DNA of 64,000 nt, from positions 32,001 to 96,000 of the forward strand of contig JBGAOA010000001.1 in assembly GCA_044222065.1 (NCBI GenBank), in the 5' to 3' direction. Shown here piece by piece: positions 45,704 to 55,364 of this stretch; positions within the stretch are counted from its first letter, which is position 1; the number at the start of each line of letters is the position of its first letter. This DNA is from Candidatus Eiseniibacteriota bacterium (GTDB taxonomy: Bacteria; Eisenbacteria; RBG-16-71-46). Made by a program: the position numbers and the translations under genes. Under the pieces are notes generated by a model, which did not search any database, had not been told where the DNA came from, and saw only the letters and a program-made list of their open reading frames with translations.

Positions 45704-48079
45704 ATGCAGCCACGCCCCTCCCGTTTCCTCGACCTGCCCGATCCGCTCCGCGACCACGACGCGCCGTTCGTCGCCTGGCTCGCCGAGCACGCCCGCCGAC
45801 CCGAGAACCGCGGCGCCCTCGTCCACTGGGAGACGCTGCCCGCCCGTCCGGCCCGCCACGGCGAACTCGGACTGCCGCTGCCGCCCGTGATCGCGGACGC
45901 GCTCGGTCACCGCGGCATCGAGCGCCTCTACACGCACCAGGTGCAGGCCATCGACGCGCTGCGCGGCGGACTCGACACCGTGATCGTGACGGGCACGGCG
46001 AGCGGCAAGAGCCTCTGCTACCACCTGCCCGTGCTCGAGCGGCTGCTCGCCGAGCCGGACGCGACCGCGCTCTACCTGTTCCCGACGAAGGCGCTCGCCC
46101 AGGACCAGTTGAAGGGGCTCACGCGCCTCGCCGCCGGTCACGCCGACCTCACGCGCGCGCTGCGCGCCGGCGTGTACGACGGCGACACGCAGGCAACGAC
46201 GCGGCGCCGGCTGCGCGACGAGGGCAACGTGATCCTGTCGAACCCGGACATGCTCCACCAGGGCATCCTGCCGTCGCACGCGAAGTGGGCGCGGTTCTTC
46301 CGGGCACTTCGTTTCGTCGTCGTGGACGAGTTGCACGCCTACCGCGGCATCTTCGGATCGCACGTCGCGAACGTGCTGCGGCGGCTCGAACGCGTCGCGC
46401 GCCACCACGGCGCCGAGTTCCGCTACGTGCTCTGCAGCGCGACGATCCGCAACCCGGGCGAACTGGCCGGGCGGCTCACCGGCCGCGACGTGACGGTCGT
46501 GGACGACGACGGCTCGCCGCGCGGCGCGAAGCACTTCGTGTTCTGGAACCCGCCGTTCCGCGACGAGACGCGCGTCGAGCGCCGCTCGTCGAACGGCGAG
46601 GGCTGCGCGTTGTTCGCGGGACTGCTCGAGCGCGGCGCGCAGACGCTCGCGTTCACGAAGTCGCGCGTGGCGGCCGAGCTCGTGTACCGCTACGCGCGCG
46701 AGCGGCTCGAGCGCGCGAAGCCCGGGCTCGAGCGGGCGATCCGTCCGTACCGCGGCGGATACCTGCCCGAGGACCGCCGCGAGATCGAGCGCCAGCTCTT
46801 CAGCGGCGAGCTGCGCGGCGTCGTGAGCACGAACGCGCTCGAACTCGGCGTGGACATCGGCGGGCTCGACGCCGTGGTCATGGTCGGCTCGCCGCCGACG
46901 CTCGCGAGCGCCTGGCAGCAGGCCGGGCGCGCGGGCCGGCAGGGCGGCACGTCGCTCGCGGTGCTCGTCGCCTACAACGAGATGGTGGATCAGTACCTCA
47001 TGAAGCGGCCCGAGTGGTTCTTCGGCCGCTCGCCCGAGGCGGCGTGCGTGGATCCGCACAACCCGTACATCCTCGCGCAGCAGCTCGCGTGCGCGGCGTA
47101 CGAGCTGCCGCTCGAGCCCGCCGACGAAGAGGCGTTCGGCGCGCAGATGGCGCCGATCCTCGAGGCGCTCGAAGAGTCGGGCGAGACGCGCACGATCGAC
47201 CGGCGCTCGTACTGGGCGAAGACCGAGTTCCCGTCGGCGAAGGTGAACCTGCGCTCGATCGGCGACGACACCTACACGATCCTGAACGCGAAGGACGCGA
47301 ACGCCGTGATCGGTACGGTGGACGCGATCAGCGCGATGGAGCTGCTCTACCCCGAGGCGATCTACCTGCACGAAGGCGAGACGCACTACGTGCGCGAGCT
47401 GGACCTCGAGCAGAAGGTCGCGTTCGTCGAGCCGCGCGAGGTGGACTACTACACGCAGCCGGTGCTCGACACGCAGGTGCGCATCCGCGGCGAGTTGCAG
47501 CGCCGCGACTGGCGCGGCGAGAGCCTGCGCTTCGGCGAGCTCACGTACGCGTGGCAGACGATCGCGATGAAGAAGATCCGCTTCCACTCGCTCGATGCGA
47601 TCGGCTACCACCCGCTCGCGCTGCCGCGACTCACGCTCGAGACCGCCGGGCTGTGGTTCGCGCCGTCCGAAGCGGCGTGGCGCGAGGTCGCCGGCCGCGG
47701 CCTCCAGCCCGTGAACGGGCTGTCGGGCGTGCGCAACCTGTTCGTGACGCTGCTCTCGATGATCACGATGTGCGATCCCTCCGACCTGCAGGGCACGATC
47801 GACTCGTCGAACCTCGGGCGCCCCGCGCTGTTCCTGTTCGACCGCTACCCGGGCGGGCTCGGCTTCGCCGAGCAGGGCTGGGCGCGGACGGACGAACTCG
47901 CGGCCGCAGCCCTCGAGCACCTCGAGGCGTGCGAGTGCGACGACGGTTGTCCGTCGTGCGTCGGGCTCGCGATCCTGCACCCCGCCCAGCAACAGGATCC
48001 CGATCTGGGTCACGCGCGTGCGATCCCGAACAAGGAAGCGGCGCGCGTGCTGCTCCGTCACTGGGTGAGCCGCGGGTGA
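45704..48079 (+). CDS. DEAD/DEAH helicase with DUF1998 (MrfA/YprA/Hrq1-like)
   Basis: LYTHQ, TGTASGKS, DELH, SAT, TNALELGVDIG, QQAGRAGR; C-terminal CECDDGCPSC. Confidence 0.9.
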   Translation: MQPRPSRFLDLPDPLRDHDAPFVAWLAEHARRPENRGALVHWETLPARPARHGELGLPLPPVIADALGHRGIERLYTHQVQAIDALRGGLDTVIVTGTASGKSLCYHLPVLERLLAEPDATALYLFPTKALAQDQLKGLTRLAAGHADLTRALRAGVYDGDTQATTRRRLRDEGNVILSNPDMLHQGILPSHAKWARFFRALRFVVVDELHAYRGIFGSHVANVLRRLERVARHHGAEFRYVLCSATIRNPGELAGRLTGRDVTVVDDDGSPRGAKHFVFWNPPFRDETRVERRSSNGEGCALFAGLLERGAQTLAFTKSRVAAELVYRYARERLERAKPGLERAIRPYRGGYLPEDRREIERQLFSGELRGVVSTNALELGVDIGGLDAVVMVGSPPTLASAWQQAGRAGRQGGTSLAVLVAYNEMVDQYLMKRPEWFFGRSPEAACVDPHNPYILAQQLACAAYELPLEPADEEAFGAQMAPILEALEESGETRTIDRRSYWAKTEFPSAKVNLRSIGDDTYTILNAKDANAVIGTVDAISAMELLYPEAIYLHEGETHYVRELDLEQKVAFVEPREVDYYTQPVLDTQVRIRGELQRRDWRGESLRFGELTYAWQTIAMKKIRFHSLDAIGYHPLALPRLTLETAGLWFAPSEAAWREVAGRGLQPVNGLSGVRNLFVTLLSMITMCDPSDLQGTIDSSNLGRPALFLFDRYPGGLGFAEQGWARTDELAAAALEHLEACECDDGCPSCVGLAILHPAQQQDPDLGHARAIPNKEAARVLLRHWVSRG

Positions 48080-48110
48080 TGCACGCGGACCTCGTGCAGG
48101 GGCGTGCCGC

Positions 48111-49022
48111 GTGCTGAACGACCGTCTGCGCGCGCGGCTCGGCGACCTCGTCCGCGAGCGCCGCTCGAACGGCGCCGGCGGGGAAGGCGCGGGCGGCGGC
48201 GCGAGCGAACGCGACGCCGCGACACCGGCCGGGCCCGCGAGCGCGCTCAAGCGACGGCGCCGTCGGCGCGTCGAGGACGGCGCCGCGGTTGCCGGCGTCG
48301 AGGCGTTCCTGCCGGGGGGCGAATGGCGGGACGGCGAGCACGTCGTGTTCGTGCACGAGCGACTGCGCTCCGAGATGGAGAAGCCGCGCCCCCACTGGGG
48401 GCGGCTCGCGCCCGAAGACGGCGCTCCGGACGAACTCAAGGCGCTCGCCGCGGACGGGCTCGAGCGCGTGCTGTTCCTCGACCTCGAGACGGGCGGACTC
48501 GCCTCGAGCCCCGTGTTCCTCGCCGGAACGATGCACTGGAACGGCGAGGACTTCGTGCTGCGCCAGTTCTTCGCTCGTCACTACGGCGAGGAGGCGGCGC
48601 TCATTCGCGCGCTCGTCCGTTCGGCGCGGGGCTTCGAGTGGCTCGTCACGTTCAACGGCCGCTCGTACGACGTGCCGTTCCTGAGGACGCGGTCGGTGCT
48701 CCACCGCGAGGCGTTCAGCCTTCCCGAACGCCACCTCGACCTGCTCCACCATTCCCGTCGTCGTTGGAAGGAGGAGTTGCCGGACTGCCGCCTGCAGACG
48801 CTCGAACTGCACGTGTGTCGCCGTCGGCGCACCGGGGACGTCCCGGGAGAGGAGGTGCCGGGGCTCTATCACGATTTCGTTCGAAGCGGCGACCCGTGGC
48901 GCCTCGTGCCGGTCTTCCACCACAACCTGCTCGACGTCGTCACGATGGGTGAGATTCTCCACGCGCTCGCTGCGGGGCGCCCGGCACGTCGCGGAGCCGC
49001 TGTTTTCGCGGGTAATCGTTGA
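48111..49022 (+). CDS. RNase H-like DEDD exonuclease (MrfB/YprB-like)
   Basis: FLDLETGGL, VTFNGRSYDVPFL, HLDLLH, HNLLDV; adjacent to an MrfA-like helicase. Confidence 0.85.
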   Translation: MLNDRLRARLGDLVRERRSNGAGGEGAGGGASERDAATPAGPASALKRRRRRRVEDGAAVAGVEAFLPGGEWRDGEHVVFVHERLRSEMEKPRPHWGRLAPEDGAPDELKALAADGLERVLFLDLETGGLASSPVFLAGTMHWNGEDFVLRQFFARHYGEEAALIRALVRSARGFEWLVTFNGRSYDVPFLRTRSVLHREAFSLPERHLDLLHHSRRRWKEELPDCRLQTLELHVCRRRRTGDVPGEEVPGLYHDFVRSGDPWRLVPVFHHNLLDVVTMGEILHALAAGRPARRGAAVFAGNR

Positions 49023-49251
49023 CTCGCTCTTTCGGCGGCTCCTATACTTCGCGCGCACATCGAGTCGTTCTTCCGTGATCCTCCGTGGTGTTCCGTGATT
49101 CGTCGCCCGGGTTCTTCCATCATCCGCCGTTCGAGAGTCTTCACCGTCATGTGAGTCGCCCCGACAGCCTGCCGCTGTGCGGGGCTGTCGTGTTTTTGGT
49201 GTCCAGAGAGCAGGTCCACGTCAGTTCCCATCGAGGAGGCTCGCGGCGAGC

Positions 49252-49889
49252 ATGGCTAACGGTGAAGACCAACGGATCCAGTGCGTGGACTGCGGGACGG
49301 AGTTCCTGTTCACGGCGGGAGAGCAGGCGTTCTACAAGGAGCACGGGCTGACCCACGCGCCGACGCGCTGCAAGGGCTGTCGCGAAGCTCGCAAGGGCGG
49401 CGGCGGTGGCGGCGGCGGCCGGGGCGAGCCTCGGACCGCGGACCGCGCGGCAGTGGCGGGGGCGGTGGTGGGGGCCGCGACCGCGATCGCGACCGCGACA
49501 TGCACGAGGCGGTCTGTTCGAACTGCGGGTCGACGACCACGGTGCCCTTCATGCCGACGCCCGGACGGCCGATATTCTGCCGTAACTGCTACCAGGCTCA
49601 GCGCGGAGGCGGTCCGCCCGCGGCGCGTCCCTCCGCGCCCCGGCACCGTGATCCGGCGCCGCCCGCGGGCGGCGTGAGTTCCGGGCGCTTCCAGGGCTCG
49701 GTCAAGTGGTTCAACGAATCGAAGGGATTCGGGTTCATTCAGGACGACAACGGTGAGGACGTGTTCGTGCACTTCTCGGCGATCAGCGCCGACGGCTTCC
49801 GGACGCTCAACGAGGGCGATCGCGTCGAGTTCGACGTCGTCCCCGGAGCGAAGGGCAAGCAGGCCTCGAACGTCGTCCGCATCTCCTAG
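49252..49889 (+). CDS. Zinc-ribbon + CxxC-x17-CxxC + cold-shock domain protein, split by an apparent 1-nt frameshift near 49420-49430
   Basis: Frame A from ATG 49252 (GAGGAGG RBS): CVDC...FTAGEQAFY...RCKGCR. Frame B: Gly/RD linker, [17 protein letters not shown], then [15 protein letters not shown]...DVFVHFS (RNP1/RNP2). Confidence 0.8.
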
Positions 49890-49959
49890 CCGCACGAACT
49901 GACGGCGTCCGGGCCCTCGCGCCTCGCGCGGGGGCCTCGCCGTCGGATGCAGGGACGCC

Positions 49960-51606
49960 ATGCAGGAAACCATCCGCACCTTCAACGCGCTGGCCGAGGA
50001 ATACGTCGAGCGCTCGCTGCAGTTCGATCCCGTCGCGGCGACGCGCGCCGGAATCCACGACTATGACGCGCTCTTCCCGAACGACACGCGCGAGGGCTTC
50101 CGCGAGCGCGGCCGCTGGCTGAGCGATCTCGACCAGCGCCTCGTCGCGTCGGTGCCGTGGGAGGAGCTGCCGCTCGAACAGCGCGTGGACTACGCGCTGC
50201 TGCGCTCGCGCGTCGCGGTTCAGCGCGCCCGCATCGAGGACCAGCGCGTGCAGGCGAGGACGCCGTCGCTCTATCCGGAGACGGCGCTGCAGGGCATCTA
50301 CCTGCTGCTCGCGCGTCCGTTCGCGCCGATCGAAGAGCGCAAGGAACTCGTGCTCGCGCGGCTCATGGCCGTTCCGGCGTACCTCGACGCCGCGCGCGAG
50401 AACCTCGTGCAGGTTCCGGCGCTGCTGCGGGAGGTCGCGAGCGAGATCAACTCGAGCGGCCTCGCCTACGTGGACGACGTCGTGCGCACGCTGCTGCGCG
50501 CGTTCCCGGCCGAGGCCGAACGCATCGAGCACGCGGGCGGCACCGCGCGCGTGGGCTTCCTGCGCTTCCAGGAGTTCCTCGACCAGGACCTGCCGGGAAT
50601 GGAGGGCGGCACGTTCGCGATCGGCGAGCGCTGGCTGAACTACGAACTCGAGCGCGGGCACCTGCTGTCCATGGACTGCGCGTACCTCGCCGACTTCGGC
50701 CGCCGCGAGGTCGAGCGACTGAAGCTCGAACTCGAGGCCGAGGCACGCCGGCTCGACCCGTCCAAGGACTGGCGCACGCTGCTCGCCGAGTCGCGCCGCC
50801 GCCACCCGGAGCCGCTGCGCGTGCGCGAGGCGTACGTCGCCGAGATGGAGCGCGCCCGGCGGTTCGTCGAGGAGCGCGGGCTCGCGCCGATGCCGGACTG
50901 CCGGCTCGAGATCGTGGACACGCCGCACTTCGAGCGCGCCGTGACGCCCTACGCCGAGTACCTCGGCCCCGCGCCGTTCGACGTCGAGCGCACGGGCTAC
51001 TTCTTCGTGACGCCGGTGGACCTGTCGCGCGGACGCGAACGCGTCGAGGCGCAGATCGGCGGGCACAGTTACGCCTCGATCTCGCTCATCGCCGCGCACG
51101 AAGCGTACCCGGGACAGCACCTGCAGCTCTCGCACGCCTCGCGCGAGGGCTCGCGCATCCGGCGGCTGCACGAGAGCGCGCTGCTCACCGGGGGCTGGGC
51201 GCTGTACTCGGAGCAGCTCATGCGCGACCAGGGCTTCTTCCTCGACCCGGCGACGCCGCTCGTCCAGACTCGGAACCTGCTGTGGCGCGCGTGCCGCGTC
51301 GTCGTGGACGTCGGACTCCACTGCGGAACGCTCACGTTCGCGGAGGCCGTGGACTACCTCGTCTCGAACGTGATGCTCGACCGCGAGAGCGCCGAGATGG
51401 AAGTGAAGCGCTACGCGCTGCGGCCGGGGGAGGCGCTGTGCTACCTCGTCGGCCACTCGCTGCTGAGCGAGTTGCGCGCCGAGGCGCAGACGCAGCTCGG
51501 CGGCCGCTTCGACCTGCGCTCGTTCCACGGCGCGATCCTTCAGAGCGGCAGCGTGCCGCCGTTCCTCGTCCGCGAGGAGCTGCGCGACCGCCTCGGAGTG
51601 GCGTAG
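49960..51606 (+). CDS. DUF885 family protein (putative metallopeptidase)
   Basis: PVAATRAGIHDYD, AHEAYPGQHLQ, GWALYSE, RVVVDVGLH, FDLRSFH. Confidence 0.85.
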   Translation: MQETIRTFNALAEEYVERSLQFDPVAATRAGIHDYDALFPNDTREGFRERGRWLSDLDQRLVASVPWEELPLEQRVDYALLRSRVAVQRARIEDQRVQARTPSLYPETALQGIYLLLARPFAPIEERKELVLARLMAVPAYLDAARENLVQVPALLREVASEINSSGLAYVDDVVRTLLRAFPAEAERIEHAGGTARVGFLRFQEFLDQDLPGMEGGTFAIGERWLNYELERGHLLSMDCAYLADFGRREVERLKLELEAEARRLDPSKDWRTLLAESRRRHPEPLRVREAYVAEMERARRFVEERGLAPMPDCRLEIVDTPHFERAVTPYAEYLGPAPFDVERTGYFFVTPVDLSRGRERVEAQIGGHSYASISLIAAHEAYPGQHLQLSHASREGSRIRRLHESALLTGGWALYSEQLMRDQGFFLDPATPLVQTRNLLWRACRVVVDVGLHCGTLTFAEAVDYLVSNVMLDRESAEMEVKRYALRPGEALCYLVGHSLLSELRAEAQTQLGGRFDLRSFHGAILQSGSVPPFLVREELRDRLGVA

Positions 51607-51622
51607 TCGCGCGAATCGGGCT

Positions 51623-52108
51623 CTAGCGCCGCGACGACTTCGCGTGCGCGCCCGCGTGCGCGATCCGCGCGAACACCTCGCTGCCGCGCTCGAGCGCCGC
51701 GAGTTCGTCGCGGGTGAGCGTCGCGAGCCGCGCCTCGAGCGCCTCGAGCCGGCGCCGCCGTCCCTGTTCGAGCAGCCGTCGCCCCGCGGCCGTGGGCTCG
51801 ATCCAGACGCGCCGCGCGTCGTCCGCATCCGCGCGGCGCCGGGCGAGGCCGTCGCGCTCGAGCGCCTGGACGATGCGCGTCATCGTCGCCGGCCGGACCT
51901 GCTCGGCGTGCGCGAGGGCGCCGAGCGTCGAGGGTCCGCCGAACACGAGCACCGACAACGCCGACAGCCTCGCCGGGCCGAGCGACAGCTCGCGATCGAC
52001 GCTCCGGAGCTGCCGCAGCAGCTGGATCGCCGAGCGGTGAATGCGTTCGGCGAGCGCCGAGTTCGGACCGGCGGGGGCCGTATTTCGCGGTGGACGGGGC
52101 GGGCTCAC
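51623..52108 (-). CDS. MarR family transcriptional regulator
   Basis: LGALAHAEQVRPATMTRIVQALERDGL.RR..DADDARR winged helix. Confidence 0.88.
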   Translation of the reverse strand: MSPPRPPRNTAPAGPNSALAERIHRSAIQLLRQLRSVDRELSLGPARLSALSVLVFGGPSTLGALAHAEQVRPATMTRIVQALERDGLARRRADADDARRVWIEPTAAGRRLLEQGRRRRLEALEARLATLTRDELAALERGSEVFARIAHAGAHAKSSRR

Positions 52109-52115
52109 GTCCCTA

Positions 52116-52134
52116 TAGTTAGCACAGCTAACTA
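52116..52134. promoter_or_regulatory. Palindromic operator, probably bound by the adjacent MarR
   Basis: TAGTTAGC-aca-GCTAACTA, a perfect AT-rich palindrome in the 56-bp gap between divergent marR and VOC genes. Confidence 0.75.
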
Positions 52135-52164
52135 ATCGCTCGCCACTCGAACCCGAGGGGAACC

Positions 52165-52551
52165 ATGGTCCCGACCCACGCGCTCGCGCTCTCGAGGCTG
52201 TCGCAGGTCTCGATGACCGCCCACGATCTCGAACGCGCCACGACGTTCTATCGCGACACGCTCGGCATGCGGCACCTCTTCAGCGTGCCGAACATGGCGT
52301 TCTTCGACTGCAGCGGCGTCCGGCTGATGCTCGGCGTTCCGGAAGCCGGCGAGCACGACCATCCCGGCTCGGTGCTGTACTTCGACGTGCCGGACATCCA
52401 CGCGGCGCACGCGGCGCTCGTCGAGCGCGGAGTGCGCACGATCGGCGAGCCGCACTTCGTGGCGAAGCTCGCCGACGGCGACTACTGGATGGGCTTCTTC
52501 AAGGACAGCGAGGGCAACACGCTCGCGATCACCTCGATGCGGCGCGCGTAG
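52165..52551 (+). CDS. VOC/glyoxalase family protein
   Basis: DLERATTFYRDTLG, LYFDVPDI, FFKDSEGNTL. Confidence 0.88.
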   Translation: MVPTHALALSRLSQVSMTAHDLERATTFYRDTLGMRHLFSVPNMAFFDCSGVRLMLGVPEAGEHDHPGSVLYFDVPDIHAAHAALVERGVRTIGEPHFVAKLADGDYWMGFFKDSEGNTLAITSMRRA

Positions 52552-52569
52552 TCCGGCGCTCCAAACGCG

Positions 52570-52608
52570 CGCGGGGCGGGAGTGCGACTCCCGCCCCGCG
52601 TTCGTTTC
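52570..52608 (+). terminator. Intrinsic terminator
   Basis: CGCGGGGCGGGAGT-gcg-ACTCCCGCCCCGCG followed by TTCGTTTC. Confidence 0.78.
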
Positions 52609-52623
52609 GGCGTCGGCCCGGAC

Positions 52624-54003
52624 TCAGGGCGTCGGCGCGCCGTGCCAGGGGAAGTAGGAGGCGAGCCCCGGCTCGGACTGGAACACCGCCGGATAGAGCG
52701 GCGACTCCGGCATCGCGAGCCGCGCGCGATCGGCGCGCAGCGTCATCGAGCCCGAGAGGTCGATCGGGTGGATGGACGCCCCGAACTTGCTGTTCACCGA
52801 GGCGATCAGCGCGTTGCAGAGGATGCCGTGCGCGAGGTCGCTCGGGTGCACGCCGTCGAGGCTGAAGAGCCCGCCCGTGATGAACGCGCTCGTGTAGACG
52901 TTGCCCGCCACGTTGAAGCCGGTCGAGCGCGCGGTCTCGAGCAGTCCCTTCAGGTCCACGACCGCGAACCCGCGCGCGGTCGCCTCGCCGACGATCGCGG
53001 CGTTGTAGCCGTTCGTCGCCGCGCGGATCGAAGCGATCTCCGCGCCCGACAGCACGACCGAGTCCGGAAGCCCGACGCCCGTGCCGGGCACCGGTCCGCC
53101 GCTCATGTAGGAGGTCGTGCCGACCGGATAGCCCATGCCCGCCGCGAGCAGCGGGCCGGCCGTGAGCAGCAGCAGGTCCGTGGCGGGATTGACCGGCGTG
53201 TTGCCCGGGCCGAGGACCGGAGTCAGCGGCGCGATCGGGAGGCTGTTCGCTCCGAGCACGACCGGCGGCAGCGTGCGGACGAGCGGGATCGTCGTCACGT
53301 CCGGCACCGTGAAGATCGCGACCTTCGCGTTCGGCAGCGCGCCCTGCAGCGCGTTCAGCGTCTGACCGAGCAGCACCGCGAACGTGGCCGCGTCCGGAAC
53401 GACCGTTCCGGCGCCGCGCGAGGCGGGACCGAGCACCTCGTTCGAGCCGTACTCGAACGTGAGGAACGTCGGCTTCGGGTTCATCTGCGTCGCGATCTGG
53501 GCGAGCAGCGAACCGCGGCCGCGCTGGATGTTCGTGAACATCACGGGCCGGTACGGCGGGAACGTCGGCGGCGGGATCTGGTAACGCGTCGTGTCGCCCA
53601 CGTCCACGAGCAGCGAGTACGGCACCGCGAGGTTGTCGAACGGTTCCGAGTTCGTGGAGTTCGTCCACGTGCCGTTCACGCGCCCCGCGTTCGTGATGAC
53701 GAGCGGGGACAGCGAGACGAGCCGCGTGAGCGCGGGCACGCCGTCGCCGTTCACGGACGGAATCTGGAAGCTCCCGTCGCCGATCGCCTGCGCGAACAGC
53801 ACCGGGAACGCCTGACGCTGGTGCCGGTCCACGAGGCCGCCCGACTCCCAGCCGGCCGAGATGCTCGTGCCGAGTGCCACGTAGCGCGAGAAGTCCGCGC
53901 TGCCCGCGCCGGCCGTCGGCGCCGTCGTCGCCTTGATCTTGCTGCAGCCCGCGAGGCTCGCGAGTGCCGCGAGCAGCAGGCCGATGCGCATCATCGTCTT
54001 CAT
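52624..54003 (-). CDS. SGNH/GDSL hydrolase lipoprotein
   Basis: Lipobox LAGC; YVALGTSISAG (block I), NLAVP, GSNE, FSLDGVHP (block V). Confidence 0.85.
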   Translation of the reverse strand: MKTMMRIGLLLAALASLAGCSKIKATTAPTAGAGSADFSRYVALGTSISAGWESGGLVDRHQRQAFPVLFAQAIGDGSFQIPSVNGDGVPALTRLVSLSPLVITNAGRVNGTWTNSTNSEPFDNLAVPYSLLVDVGDTTRYQIPPPTFPPYRPVMFTNIQRGRGSLLAQIATQMNPKPTFLTFEYGSNEVLGPASRGAGTVVPDAATFAVLLGQTLNALQGALPNAKVAIFTVPDVTTIPLVRTLPPVVLGANSLPIAPLTPVLGPGNTPVNPATDLLLLTAGPLLAAGMGYPVGTTSYMSGGPVPGTGVGLPDSVVLSGAEIASIRAATNGYNAAIVGEATARGFAVVDLKGLLETARSTGFNVAGNVYTSAFITGGLFSLDGVHPSDLAHGILCNALIASVNSKFGASIHPIDLSGSMTLRADRARLAMPESPLYPAVFQSEPGLASYFPWHGAPTP

Positions 54004-54023
54004 CGCTCGCTCCTTTCGCCCGC

Positions 54024-55328
54024 TCACCAGCGGTAGTTGAGGCCGAGTCCGGCCGCGTTGACGTAGGACTTGTACTCGCCGTTGAAGCCGTCGCGATTGA
54101 CGCCTTCGGTGCCGCGGTGCTGAACGAACACGGCGAGCTCGTAGAGGTCGAGCGACCAGCGACCGTCCTTGCCGAACGGGAAGCCGAGGCCGAGCGTGAC
54201 GCCGTTGCGTCCCGAGTCGGGGAGCAGCGGGCTCATGGACTCGTCCGGCGCCGCGGCCTCGTCGTAGTAGTAGCCGACGCGGTACGTGTAGCGGTCGAGC
54301 CGGTGCTCGGCGCCGACGCGCACCTGGAAGGCGTCGTCGTAGTTCTCGGCGATCGCGCTGCTCGCGCTCGAGGTCGTCTGGAAGTGCAGCGGCAGGTCCT
54401 TGAACACGGACCACTCGAAGAAGTTGAGATCGGCCTCGACCGTCCAGCGGTCGGTCGGCGTCCACGCGAAGCCCGTGGACCACATCGCCGGGAAGCGGAT
54501 CACCGTCTTCACCTTCTGGTTCGGCGGCAGCTGCGCCGCGACGCCGGCGTCGAACGTCGAGTTGCCCGTCAGCACCTGCTGGAAGGTCGCGTCACCCTCC
54601 ATGTGCGTCACGATCTTGCTGCGGTACGTGGCCGCCCACGTCCACTTCGGATCGAGCTTCCACGTCGCGGCCGCGTTCCAGCCGAAACCGGGCGTGAAGT
54701 CGGACTCGAGCCCGACCTTCGCCACGTCCACCTGCGCGCCGCCGCCGCCGGGCGCCGTCGCGAGGCGCCGGCGCTGCAGCTCGACCTTGCTCATCGCCAT
54801 CGCGCCGCCCGCGGCGAGGCTCAGGTTCGGGCGCGGCGCGTACGCGACCACGCCGAGCACCTGCGCGCTCTGCAGCTCGGCCTTCGTCACGATGTAGCGG
54901 CCGCTGAACTGGTCGGGATCGTCCCATTCGACGCCGAGCCCGAACGGGAACGCGACGCCGATGCCGCCCGCGCAACGCTCGGCGAAGCGATAGCCGACGT
55001 AGGCGGGCAACGTCGGAAAGTTCTGCTTCTTCATCGCCTCGACCGTGCCGAAGCCGGGGTACGGATTGTGACCGGCGAAGCTCGTCACGGGCGAGAGCAG
55101 GGTCGGATTCAGGCTGAAGGCGCCGCGGTCGAGCCACACGAGATTCGCGGGATTGAAGAACACCGCTTCGGCGTTGTTCGCGGACGCCGTGACGGCGCCA
55201 CCGCGCCCGAGCGCCTGCGCACCCTGTTCGAAGATCGAGTAGCCCGACGCGCGTGCGTGCGCGGGAACGAGGATCGTCAGACCGGCCGCGAGCAGCCACG
55301 CCGGCCGACACCGAGACATCCGAATCAT
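54024..55328 (-). CDS. fadL: OmpP1/FadL long-chain fatty acid outer-membrane transporter
   Basis: Mature N-terminus SGYSIFEQGAQALGRGGA, FFNPA hatch motif, PFGL; C-terminal LNYRW. Confidence 0.88.
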   Translation of the reverse strand: MIRMSRCRPAWLLAAGLTILVPAHARASGYSIFEQGAQALGRGGAVTASANNAEAVFFNPANLVWLDRGAFSLNPTLLSPVTSFAGHNPYPGFGTVEAMKKQNFPTLPAYVGYRFAERCAGGIGVAFPFGLGVEWDDPDQFSGRYIVTKAELQSAQVLGVVAYAPRPNLSLAAGGAMAMSKVELQRRRLATAPGGGGAQVDVAKVGLESDFTPGFGWNAAATWKLDPKWTWAATYRSKIVTHMEGDATFQQVLTGNSTFDAGVAAQLPPNQKVKTVIRFPAMWSTGFAWTPTDRWTVEADLNFFEWSVFKDLPLHFQTTSSASSAIAENYDDAFQVRVGAEHRLDRYTYRVGYYYDEAAAPDESMSPLLPDSGRNGVTLGLGFPFGKDGRWSLDLYELAVFVQHRGTEGVNRDGFNGEYKSYVNAAGLGLNYRW

Positions 55329-55364
55329 GCGACTCTCCGCTGGTGGGGGTGGGTGACGCCGTGA

